DNA from: an uncultured Rivularia sp.
GTDB lineage: Bacteria; Cyanobacteriota; Cyanobacteriia; Cyanobacteriales; Nostocaceae
Assembly: GCA_963665115.1 (NCBI GenBank)
Contig: OY762007.1
Location: 5,024,001-5,088,000, forward strand
DNA length: 64,000 nt
Direction: 5' to 3'
This document shows positions 49,788-58,710 of this stretch, in pieces. Below the pieces are notes generated by a model. It ran no database searches. It saw only the letters and a program-made list of their open reading frames with translations, and was not told the DNA's origin. Position 1 is the first letter of the stretch; each line of letters opens with the position of its first letter. A program made the position numbers and the translations under genes.

Positions 49788-52169
49788 ATGAACTCTTTAT
49801 TTACAAATATATTATCTTTACGTCGTATTGAATATTTAATTGTTAACGAATTTTGGCAGATTACAGAATTATCCCCTAAAATACATCTTCTTGCTGACAA
49901 TTCCGATCAAGTACGGGTAGGAAAAGATATTCGGATCGGCTTTCCCGAATTAATTGGAATTGAAGTTATTGCCAGCGATATTATAGCGGGAAAACAAAAT
50001 AGTTTTGAGTTGAAAGGAGTTGTTCGGACTCAAAAAGCTTTAAAACCAATTTATATTGATATTTCGATCGCGAATAATATTAAAGATAATCAAATTAGTA
50101 ATGAGCTATTGATAGTTGTTGAAGATGTAACTGAACAGATGGTTCTCGAACAATCTTTGGTTCAAGGTGCTAACGAAGCCAATCTTTTATTACGTACTCT
50201 GACTGCTTCTAAGCAATATATCGATCAAATCGTTACATCAATGGCAGATGCTTTATTAGTAACAACAGCATCGGGAAAAATCAAAACTATTAATCGCACC
50301 GCACAGCTTTTATTAGAATATGAGGAAGCAGAAATTTGCGGTAAATCTATTTCTACTGTCTTAAAAGAAGTTGACAGTTGGAAAGAAGAAATAGAACAAA
50401 GAGGAAACGTTCAAACCCCTTTATTTGGTCCGATAACTCCTTTAGTTAAAGAAGTAGAAACAGTTTGCCAAACCAAAACTGGAAAAATAATTCCGGTAGC
50501 TTTTTCATGCTCAAAAGTTCAGACAGAAATCGAACATTTTCAAGGTTATGTTTATATTTTACGAGACATGACCGAACGAAAACAAGCTGAACTTGCAAAA
50601 CAAGAGTTTTTAGCAATGATAAGTCATGAAATACGTACTCCCATTGCAGCAGTTATTGGGATGGCGGATGTACTAATAAATACTGAGTTGACAGAGGAGC
50701 AAGAAGAATTTGCTGAAACTATTTGTAATAGCGGTAAAGCTTTACTCGAAATTGTTAATGATATTCTTGATTTTTCTAAAATTGAATCTGGAAAATTAGA
50801 TTTTGAAGAAGAACCTTTTCACTTAAATAGCTGTATTGAAGAAGCTCTTTCCTTATTAACGCCCAAAGCAAAAGAAAAAGAATTAGAACTTATTTTCCAC
50901 AATAATCCCGAACTTCCGCAAATTATTGTTGGGGATATCAGCCGACTGCGACAGATTTTAATTAATTTAATTAGTAACGCGATTAAATTTACCGAAACTG
51001 GAAGCGTAGAAGTTTCAGTAAAAAGCTGGAAACGTCAAATTATTGGCAATGAAAAAAATAACCATGAAATCCGGTTTGCCGTTAAAGATACCGGAATTGG
51101 AATACCAAGGAATCGGATTAATCGTTTATTCAAAGCTTTTAGTCAAGTAAATTCTTCTACAGCTAGAAAATATGGTGGTACGGGTTTAGGATTAGCTATT
51201 TGCAAACAACTAAGCGAATTGATGGGCGGTAAAATTTGGGTTGAGAGCGAAGAAAACCAAGGCAGCACATTTTATTTTACTGTCACTGCTCGGGTTCTTA
51301 AAACGCAATTAATCCAAGAATGGGAACCTAAAGTAGAAGAATCCGAGACTGTAATTGATCCTACAATAGCCGAAAAAAATCCTCTAAAAATACTTTTAGT
51401 AGAAGATTACGCTACCAATCAAAAAATGATCGCCCTAATGTTGCAACGAATCGGTTATCAAGCAGATATTGCTAACAATGGGTTAGAAGCACTTGCAGCA
51501 CTGCGCCGTCAATTTTATGATGTGGTATTGATGGATATGCAAATGCCTGAAATGGATGGTATGACGGCAACACACTATATTTGTCAAGAATGGGATATCT
51601 CAGTACGTCCCCGAATTATTGCATTAACAGCAAGTGCGATATTAAACAATAAAGAAAATTATTTAGCATCAGGTATAGATGATTATCTTGCTAAACCTTT
51701 TCGCATTAAAGAACTCATGCAAGTGCTGAATAAATCTTGGATTCATAGAGAAAAGGTAAGTAAAATAAGCGAGGTAAGTAATGTTAAATCTCGCAGTAAG
51801 AATGATTCTACAATCAATACGGCTGCATTGCAAGAAATATATAGAATAGCTGATTTTAATTGTGGGGTGGATGCAAGAGAATTTTTACTAGAAACAATTG
51901 ATGATTATTTAGAAGAAACACCTAAGTTTTTAGAAGAAATTCGAGTTGTTTTCAGTGAAGATAATTTGAAAACCCTTCAGCTATTAGTTCATACACTTTC
52001 TTCTAGTAGTGCAACATTAGGAGCAAGTAAACTAGCGACTTTATGTGCCCAATTGGAAATAATGGTAGTAAGTGAAATGCGGGAAGAGATAACAGAGCAG
52101 ATTGAAAAGATTGAAGCTGAATATGAGAATGTGAAAACTGCTTTGTTGGAGAAGCGGGAGAAGTATTAG
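49788..52169 (+). CDS. PAS hybrid histidine kinase (HisKA-HATPase-REC-Hpt)
   Basis: PAS ending RDMTERK, SHEIRTP, NLISNAIKFT, DTGIGI, GGTGLGL, LMDMQMP, VHTLSSSSATLGA. Confidence 0.93.
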   Translation: MNSLFTNILSLRRIEYLIVNEFWQITELSPKIHLLADNSDQVRVGKDIRIGFPELIGIEVIASDIIAGKQNSFELKGVVRTQKALKPIYIDISIANNIKDNQISNELLIVVEDVTEQMVLEQSLVQGANEANLLLRTLTASKQYIDQIVTSMADALLVTTASGKIKTINRTAQLLLEYEEAEICGKSISTVLKEVDSWKEEIEQRGNVQTPLFGPITPLVKEVETVCQTKTGKIIPVAFSCSKVQTEIEHFQGYVYILRDMTERKQAELAKQEFLAMISHEIRTPIAAVIGMADVLINTELTEEQEEFAETICNSGKALLEIVNDILDFSKIESGKLDFEEEPFHLNSCIEEALSLLTPKAKEKELELIFHNNPELPQIIVGDISRLRQILINLISNAIKFTETGSVEVSVKSWKRQIIGNEKNNHEIRFAVKDTGIGIPRNRINRLFKAFSQVNSSTARKYGGTGLGLAICKQLSELMGGKIWVESEENQGSTFYFTVTARVLKTQLIQEWEPKVEESETVIDPTIAEKNPLKILLVEDYATNQKMIALMLQRIGYQADIANNGLEALAALRRQFYDVVLMDMQMPEMDGMTATHYICQEWDISVRPRIIALTASAILNNKENYLASGIDDYLAKPFRIKELMQVLNKSWIHREKVSKISEVSNVKSRSKNDSTINTAALQEIYRIADFNCGVDAREFLLETIDDYLEETPKFLEEIRVVFSEDNLKTLQLLVHTLSSSSATLGASKLATLCAQLEIMVVSEMREEITEQIEKIEAEYENVKTALLEKREKY

Positions 52170-52185
52170 GAATTCAATATCTTAT

Positions 52186-52239
52186 CCCTCAGACTGGAAG
52201 TCTGGGGCTACACAAGCGAAGCCCACCTTCGTGGGCTAA
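52186..52239 (+). repeat. two-hairpin CTACA/GTAG REP element
   Basis: CCTCAGAC-TGGAA-GTCTGGGG CTACA ... AGCCCAC-CTTC-GTGGGCT AA. Confidence 0.75.
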
Positions 52240-52240
52240 G

Positions 52241-52465
52241 TTAAGCGTTGTATATAAGTTTTTGAAAGCCCTCGTTATTACGAATTGCATCAAAATCACT
52301 ATCCGTTTTTGCCATTTCTCGATATTTTTCAGGATTTAGATTGATGGCAATTTGTAGATTTTCAATTGCTTGCTCGATGTTATTTTGTAGAGCGTAACAG
52401 CGAGCTTTGTTGTACCAAGCATCGTCTTTATCGGGTTTAATTTCAACAGATTGATCGTCAGTAAT
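52241..52465 (-). pseudogene. 3' fragment of a TPR-protein gene
   Basis: Manual translation: DDQSVEIKPDKDDAWYNKARCYALQNNIEQAIENLQIAINLNPEKYREMAKTDSDFDAIR...*; in-frame stop just upstream and no ATG/GTG/TTG start. Confidence 0.75.
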
Positions 52466-52576
52466 TTTTTATCTTGTGCAGAAGTTATAACCATATTTTC
52501 TTTTTAATGCCATTGTTTAAAAGTATAAGAAATATTCGCTTTCTCAGTAAAAATTTTTATTGGTAAACTAAAAAAA

Positions 52577-52712
52577 TTAGCCCACGCAGGTGGTGAGAGC
52601 AGCCCCGTGCGGAGGTTCCCGCAGTACGAGGGGACTGCCGTTAGCGAAGCGAGGCGTTAGCCTTACCCGAAGGGGCTTTGTAATTGTAGCCCCACCCTTC
52701 GAGGGTGAGGGC
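52577..52712 (-). repeat. two-hairpin REP element interrupted by an 81-nt nested insertion (52594-52674)
   Basis: AGCCCACGCAGGTGG|insert|GCT...TGTAG CCCCACCCTTCGAGGGTGAGG. Confidence 0.75.
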
Positions 52713-53698
52713 TACTCCCGAATTGCAGATTTTGCCAATCCAAATTCCCTCCACCTTTTCACCCCCGTTTCTAATTCCCCCGACAACCATTCATCAAACT
52801 GCGGATAAACGGGCAATCTCGTTACCAAATCCCAACCTGCTGGCTGTAAAATTTCTCGCAATTCGTTTTCCTGAATATGCGGATAATCGGGGTTTACTTC
52901 ATCTATGGGGCTAATTCCACCTAAATCTCTGGCTCCTGCTTCGATACAGGCAAGCAACCATTGTTCGTCTTTTACTAAGTTTGGCGGAATTTGAATTCTA
53001 ATATCTCCTGGTAAAATATGCCGTGCTTTAGCGATAACTTCTGGTAGCTGATGAGGATCAAAAGCTGGAAAATCAAAGCTTTGCTGAGTTCCCGGACTGT
53101 GTGGTTGTAAAATAACTTCTTGGATATGCTGATAATTTTGATGCAGTTGGGATATCGCTTCTAATGTATCCCAGCAATCTTCCAATGTTTCTCCAATTCC
53201 TAATAGCAATCCGGTTGTAAAAGGTATTTTTAACTCACCAGCCCATTGTAATTGCTGCAATCTCAATTCTGGTACTTTACTTGGTGCATATTTATGAACT
53301 GTTTGTAATAAAGCTGGTGTTAACTGTTCTAACATTAATCCCATTGAAACATTTACCTTTTTAAGCTTTTGCATCTCCTCAAAACTCAAAGGACCTGCAT
53401 TTGTATGGGGTAAAAAACCCATCGATAATGCTAATTCACACAAATCGTAAATCAACTTAAACCATTTTTCTCTACGTGGTGAATTTGGATGAACTTCTCC
53501 ACTAAGTATTAATATTTCACAAACATTTTGCTTTTTAAGTCTTTGAAAAATATTTTCTGCTGTTGACAAAGATATCCAAGAGCTATTTCCAGGCTCGGTA
53601 CGAAAGTTGCAGTAAGTACATCTGTTAAAACATTCGTAGGTGGGAACAATTGTATATGCAGGGCTATAGGTAACTGTGCGGTAATTAATAAATTGCAT
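52712..53698 (-). CDS. cofG: 7,8-didemethyl-8-hydroxy-5-deazariboflavin synthase subunit CofG
   Basis: VTYSP, CFNRCTYC, LPHTNAG, SMGLMLE, FTTGLLLGIGE, IQEVILQ, QIPPNL. Confidence 0.92.
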   Translation of the reverse strand: MQFINYRTVTYSPAYTIVPTYECFNRCTYCNFRTEPGNSSWISLSTAENIFQRLKKQNVCEILILSGEVHPNSPRREKWFKLIYDLCELALSMGFLPHTNAGPLSFEEMQKLKKVNVSMGLMLEQLTPALLQTVHKYAPSKVPELRLQQLQWAGELKIPFTTGLLLGIGETLEDCWDTLEAISQLHQNYQHIQEVILQPHSPGTQQSFDFPAFDPHQLPEVIAKARHILPGDIRIQIPPNLVKDEQWLLACIEAGARDLGGISPIDEVNPDYPHIQENELREILQPAGWDLVTRLPVYPQFDEWLSGELETGVKRWREFGLAKSAIRE

Positions 53699-53783
53699 TA
53701 GATAAAATCAATTAAAAATCATCTTAATCTGTTATCTATATTGCAATATTTTTACTATGAATACAAATTATTAGATAAAAAAG

Positions 53784-53799
53784 GTACCCAAAAGGGTAC
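53784..53799. promoter_or_regulatory. palindromic operator candidate GTACCC-AAAA-GGGTAC
   Basis: Perfect 6-4-6 inverted repeat in the AT-rich divergent region between cofG and the Coq4-like gene. Confidence 0.45.
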
Positions 53800-53929
53800 T
53801 TCGCTTAAAAAGTTATTTTTATAAAATAAATACATCAGCAACTGCTTATTTTTTATTTTATCTGAATTTGAAGCTCCGGCTTTATAATCAACAATCTAAA
53901 ATCTCAAAGTTTACAGGATAAATAAAATT

Positions 53930-54427
53930 ATGGATAAAGGGAATCTCGGTTTTATTTTGAAGATGGCTCAAACGATAAATCCTCAGATTTATCCTGGGCG
54001 AGAATTACATATAAACTTAGAAAAATTACGTCAGCTTCCCGAAGGTACGTTAGGTAGAGAATTAGCTCGTTTTTTAGATAAAAATGGCTTTGAACCGCTG
54101 AATTCTGGGGATTGGATACAGCGAACTCATGATGTCTGGCACGTTATCACCGGACTTTCCCCATCTAAAGACGATGAATTCATCTTACAAGCTTTTACTC
54201 GTTCCCAAGTTTTTCGTCCTTCTAGTGCTTTACTTGTATTAGCTGGTTTGCTAACACACAAATGCAATCTACAAGAGATTACTCAAGTTATCAAAAATGG
54301 CAAAATGGCCAAGAAATTAATTGATTGGGATATTGAATCTGATTGGGCTACTCCTTTAAGTGAAGTAAGACAAAAGTTAGGCGTTATACCGTTAAATCAA
54401 AAGTTAGGAGCTAGAAGTGATGAGTGA
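53930..54427 (+). CDS. Coq4-like protein
   Basis: LRQLPEGTLGR, HDVWHVITG...DE, PLSEVRQKLG. Confidence 0.8.
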   Translation: MDKGNLGFILKMAQTINPQIYPGRELHINLEKLRQLPEGTLGRELARFLDKNGFEPLNSGDWIQRTHDVWHVITGLSPSKDDEFILQAFTRSQVFRPSSALLVLAGLLTHKCNLQEITQVIKNGKMAKKLIDWDIESDWATPLSEVRQKLGVIPLNQKLGARSDE

Positions 54428-54568
54428 TGAGTTATGCAAATATGCATGGCGATCGCTCAAGCAACTAAAAATATATTTATCAGAATATGGATGCTCTTCT
54501 CCACAAAAGTACAAATTTTTACCATAGATTGCAATTCATCATTCACAACAATTTATAACCGATCGCTA

Positions 54569-55195
54569 CTAACTGTTAACTGATAGCTGTTGCTTGGCAT
54601 AAATATTTTTCAGATGCTTCTTGACTGTATTGATAGTAATATAAAGTTCCTTAGCAATTTCTTGGTAAGAATAATTAGCCCGACGCAACAGCCATACTTG
54701 AGCTTCCCGCTCGGTTAAAGCGTATTTTCTCGCTTCTGAAATTGCCATGCTTTGATTGGTTTGTTTGCGATCTTCTAAGGTAACTATTAGGTAATCATTA
54801 TTGCTTTCATTCGCTTGTAACCATCGAGCGCGAACACGTATTTTTGCTTCGGATTGCGTGTTTATTTCTGACTCAATAGATATATTTTGACTGGGGAATA
54901 GTTGGCGGCTTTCGCTCAAAGACTGACAAATACGCCGAATTTCCGAAGGTACTTCACCTTTATCAATTGCTTCGGTTAATTCCTGACAAATACAGCGTGC
55001 GCGTTCGTTGGCATGAACTAACTCACCTTGCATCGTTAGTATAAAAATCCCGTCCACAAAGCTTTCAATTACAGCTTGCATCAGATGAAGTTTGGATGCA
55101 GGCTGTTTTTTTTCATATCTCGCTTTGTCTCCGTAAAATATATTTCTATTGGTAGATGTAATTTTTTGATGTTGCTCTAGAAGTGAAACATTCAT
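54569..55195 (-). CDS. PAS-like + LuxR HTH transcriptional regulator
   Basis: LTEREAQV...SYQEIAKELYITINTVKKHLKNIYAK. Confidence 0.9.
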   Translation of the reverse strand: MNVSLLEQHQKITSTNRNIFYGDKARYEKKQPASKLHLMQAVIESFVDGIFILTMQGELVHANERARCICQELTEAIDKGEVPSEIRRICQSLSESRQLFPSQNISIESEINTQSEAKIRVRARWLQANESNNDYLIVTLEDRKQTNQSMAISEARKYALTEREAQVWLLRRANYSYQEIAKELYITINTVKKHLKNIYAKQQLSVNS

Positions 55196-55410
55196 TGTTA
55201 ATCTCCTTTAAAATAGTAAAAAATATTCTTCGATCTAGCTATTAACAGCATTGTTATAAATCAGATTCTGTATTTGCAATGATTGAGCAGCAACCTTAAA
55301 GAAAGTATCGAAGTAAGTTAAGTTACAGTGAATAATACAGAATCTTCCTGAAGTAAGGTGAAGTTTTTCTTAAATTAAGCAAAATAATACGGTTAGCCGA
55401 TTCATAATGA

Positions 55411-56490
55411 ATGTATTGTTACTTTGCGTATGAGAGAAATTTACTAGGGAGTTCTGCGGTGAGGGATTTAGTCAGTATTGATGAGTTTTTTGGTGTAGAA
55501 CATCGGCGCAAGTATATTGCTCTTTTGAAAGGAAGAGTCGGTTTAACGCGCCGTCGGGCTGAATGTTTTGTGAAGCTATGGGCGTATTTATTACTCAAAC
55601 AGCACTCTGAGTTAGGAATTGTTAACGAACCTTTAAGCAAACTCGACTTACCTGAAGGTTTTGTTGCTTGTACTCACCGAGAAGCCAACGAACTATTTTA
55701 CGCACAAGAAGACAGAGGCAGCGAACGTGCTGCGGGAATGATGATTGATAAGTTGGTAGCTTTGGGGCTGATCGAAAAGGAATTTGATGGCAATAATATA
55801 TGTATTCGTATCTGCTCTACATTGACCGATCTTGATAAATCTACACAAGTTGCCCAACCAGCAGAGCTTGTCACCGATAACTTTAATCCCCGCACTGACA
55901 CTATACCCGTTGCCACTTTCTTAGCTCGTCAATACGATTGGATGAATAAAAAAACTACCGCTGCACCCCAGAGAATAGCTCGGAAACTGCGTACTTGGGC
56001 CAAACAATATTCTAAGGGGATGCGGGTTTTGCGTCGTTGCGATACTCAAGCACCCGTTGGTGTTTATATTCTTTATCCTGTAGCTTGCGAATCTGAGGAG
56101 AACTTTTTTCTACCTCCAAGTAAAAGTCTGCATATGAGTACTGCCTCTACAACCGATCCTTTTAATATTGCTTCCCCTGGAGATGAGGATTGCACTTCTC
56201 TTTTTATCCGCAGTTTTCAAATAGATTCTCAATATCTCCAGCACAGTAATCTATGTCAATTATTAGAGGATGCCCGACAAACTTTCATTACTATGCAAAC
56301 GGATTTTCCCAACCTTTGCGATTTGTATACCTTAACTATCCACCCATTCGCGCAAAGTTTGGCATTAGCAATGGGTTTTCAGAAAACTAGTCAAGATCCA
56401 CAGATGTCTCTTTATTGGATGTATATGGCGCTGGATAAGTATTTGACGCTTGATATCGAACAAGCAATATCAAATCTTAAGCTGGATTGA
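55411..56490 (+). CDS. hypothetical protein (possible wHTH + GNAT-like fold)
   Basis: 359 aa ORF; start uncertain (GTG near 55459 also possible). Confidence 0.75.
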   Translation: MYCYFAYERNLLGSSAVRDLVSIDEFFGVEHRRKYIALLKGRVGLTRRRAECFVKLWAYLLLKQHSELGIVNEPLSKLDLPEGFVACTHREANELFYAQEDRGSERAAGMMIDKLVALGLIEKEFDGNNICIRICSTLTDLDKSTQVAQPAELVTDNFNPRTDTIPVATFLARQYDWMNKKTTAAPQRIARKLRTWAKQYSKGMRVLRRCDTQAPVGVYILYPVACESEENFFLPPSKSLHMSTASTTDPFNIASPGDEDCTSLFIRSFQIDSQYLQHSNLCQLLEDARQTFITMQTDFPNLCDLYTLTIHPFAQSLALAMGFQKTSQDPQMSLYWMYMALDKYLTLDIEQAISNLKLD

Positions 56491-56634
56491 TGCAACTACT
56501 CTCTAATATATGAATTTAATTTATGAGAATTTATATCTTTTTGCAAATTCGCTGTAGTTGCTGCCTAGTAAGCCTTACAAGCAATCATGTTGTCTAATTT
56601 TGCAGCATTAACTACATTTATTTTATTAAAGGCC

Positions 56635-56663
56635 TTTACAAACCGAAATATTTCGTTTAGTAT
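56635..56663 (+). promoter_or_regulatory. psbA sigma70-type promoter
   Basis: TTTACA-17 nt-TAGTAT, typical of cyanobacterial psbA promoters. Confidence 0.7.
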
Positions 56664-56720
56664 AAGTACATAGGTTGAAAGGCCTAGTAAATCATTCATT
56701 TGATAGCAATTATCCGAACC

Positions 56721-57803
56721 ATGACAACCACATTACAAAGACGCGAGAGCGCCTCTGCATGGGAACAGTTCTGCGGATGGATCACCAGCACCAATAACCG
56801 TTTATACATCGGTTGGTTTGGTATGTTGATGATTCCTACCCTCTTAGCTGCTACCACCTGTTTCATCATCGCTTTTGTTGCAGCACCTCCTGTTGACATC
56901 GATGGTATCCGCGAGCCTGTTGCAGGTTCGTTGATCTACGGAAACAACATCATCTCCGGTGCTGTTGTTCCTTCTTCTAACGCTATTGGTTTGCACTTCT
57001 ACCCAATCTGGGAAGCAGCTTCTCTAGATGAGTGGTTGTATAACGGTGGTCCTTACCAGTTGGTATGTTTCCACTTCCTAATTGGCGTATTTTGCTACTT
57101 AGGTCGTGAGTGGGAATTATCTTACCGCTTGGGTATGCGTCCTTGGATCTGTGTTGCATTCAGTGCTCCAGTAGCAGCAGCAACCGCAGTATTCTTGATC
57201 TACCCAATTGGACAAGGTTCTTTCTCTGACGGTATGCCTTTAGGTATTTCTGGTACCTTTAACTTCATGTTCGTGTTCCAAGCTGAACACAACATTTTGA
57301 TGCACCCCTTCCACCAGTTAGGTGTTGCAGGTGTATTCGGCGGTTCCTTGTTCAGTGCAATGCACGGTTCTTTGGTAACAAGCTCCTTGGTACGTGAAAC
57401 AACCGAAACCGAGTCTCAGAACTACGGTTACAAATTCGGTCAAGAAGAAGAAACTTACAACATCGTAGCTGCACACGGTTACTTTGGTCGTTTGATCTTC
57501 CAATACGCTTCCTTCAACAACAGCCGTAGCTTGCACTTCTTCTTAGCAGCATGGCCTGTAGTCGGAATCTGGTTCACCGCTTTGGGAATCAGCACAATGG
57601 CGTTCAACTTGAACGGTTTCAACTTCAACCAGTCAGTAATCGATTCTAGCGGTAGAGTTGTAAACACCTGGGCTGATGTATTGAACAGAGCTAACTTGGG
57701 TATGGAAGTAATGCACGAAAGAAATGCACACAACTTCCCACTTGATTTAGCCGCTGGTGAAACCGCTCCTGTAGCAGTTAGCGCTCCCGCAATCAACGGT
57801 TAA
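56721..57803 (+). CDS. psbA: photosystem II D1 protein (Glu130 form)
   Basis: 360 aa; [10 protein letters not shown]..., [21 protein letters not shown]. Confidence 0.99.
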   Translation: MTTTLQRRESASAWEQFCGWITSTNNRLYIGWFGMLMIPTLLAATTCFIIAFVAAPPVDIDGIREPVAGSLIYGNNIISGAVVPSSNAIGLHFYPIWEAASLDEWLYNGGPYQLVCFHFLIGVFCYLGREWELSYRLGMRPWICVAFSAPVAAATAVFLIYPIGQGSFSDGMPLGISGTFNFMFVFQAEHNILMHPFHQLGVAGVFGGSLFSAMHGSLVTSSLVRETTETESQNYGYKFGQEEETYNIVAAHGYFGRLIFQYASFNNSRSLHFFLAAWPVVGIWFTALGISTMAFNLNGFNFNQSVIDSSGRVVNTWADVLNRANLGMEVMHERNAHNFPLDLAAGETAPVAVSAPAING

Positions 57804-57848
57804 AAATTTAATAATTTAGTTAAAATTTGAATAAGTTTTAGCTTGCAT

Positions 57849-57883
57849 AAAGCGCCTTCCCTTAACGGGGAGGGCGCTTTTTT
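57849..57883 (+). terminator. psbA intrinsic terminator
   Basis: AAAGCGCCTTCCC-loop-GGGAGGGCGCTTTTTT. Confidence 0.9.
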
Positions 57884-57905
57884 GTTTTGGGGATTTTGTG
57901 GCTAA

Positions 57906-57964
57906 AAAGTAAAGCTGGCGGTTGAAACCGCTTCTACACAGGCAAAGTCCGGCTGCGCGGACTA
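57906..57964 (+). repeat. two-hairpin REP element, direct copy 1
   Basis: GGCGGTTGAAACCGC TTCTACA...AGTCCG-GCTG-CGCGGACT; near-identical to 58502-58560. Confidence 0.85.
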
Positions 57965-58002
57965 AATATATATCGGAATTCTGCAATTTTATGGGTATTG
58001 CT

Positions 58003-58467
58003 TTAGATTAAGTTTTTGCAGAACTCTAAGGAATGTTTAGTATTTGTGTAACCCATTTTTTCGTAGAATTTATGGGCATCTTTACGAATAATGTTAGAAC
58101 GCAAACGAATTGTCTGACAATTATTAATTGCTGCCCACTCTTCAACTTGCTGCATCAGAAGACGAGCAATTCCATGCAGGCGGTAATTTGTATCTACAAC
58201 TAAGCCAAATACTAGCACCTGTGGTGAAATAATTATCAGATGACACTTATGAGCGTGAACCCAACCCACTACAAAATTATTCGGCAAAGTTGCGACGTAA
58301 AGAATATGGCTATCATCTTGTTGAAGCGAACAAAGGCGATGTTTAATATCTTCATCACTCGCAGAATATCCAAGTTGTTCGCATAAAATAGAAATTCTTT
58401 CGATATCTTCTAAACAAGCTGGTCGAATTATTATGGATTGATAATTTTCAGCAGTTTCGTGAGTCAA
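58003..58467 (-). CDS. GNAT N-acetyltransferase
   Basis: IRPA...LVVDTNYRLHGIARLLM...AHKFYEKMGY. Confidence 0.88.
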   Translation of the reverse strand: MTHETAENYQSIIIRPACLEDIERISILCEQLGYSASDEDIKHRLCSLQQDDSHILYVATLPNNFVVGWVHAHKCHLIIISPQVLVFGLVVDTNYRLHGIARLLMQQVEEWAAINNCQTIRLRSNIIRKDAHKFYEKMGYTNTKHSLEFCKNLI

Positions 58468-58501
58468 TTTTTTATTGCTCCATCTTAGATTTCTATAAGA
58501 T

Positions 58502-58560
58502 AAAGTAAATCTGGCGGTTGAAACCGCTTCTACACAAACGAAGTCCAGCTGCGCGGACTA
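58502..58560 (+). repeat. two-hairpin REP element, direct copy 2
   Basis: Near-identical to 57906-57964. Confidence 0.85.
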
Positions 58561-58710
58561 CATAGCACCAATCATCTAAAAAATCTGCATAAATACCAAA
58601 ACCATATCTCTAGTAATAGTTAAAGCAAAAATATATTCTGGTTATATGTGTCTTTTTGATTAGAACAACACATCGAGTAAAATACGTAAACTTAACTCCG
58701 CAACATCATC

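Noticed and set aside
41827..52169. Signalling cluster as a recent horizontal island
   Set aside because: No integrase, tRNA or att site; it contains HIP1 octamers (42733, 47552) and host-type repeats, so it looks long resident
52590..52914. Two short plus-strand ORFs
   Set aside because: Derived from nested repeats and antisense to cofG
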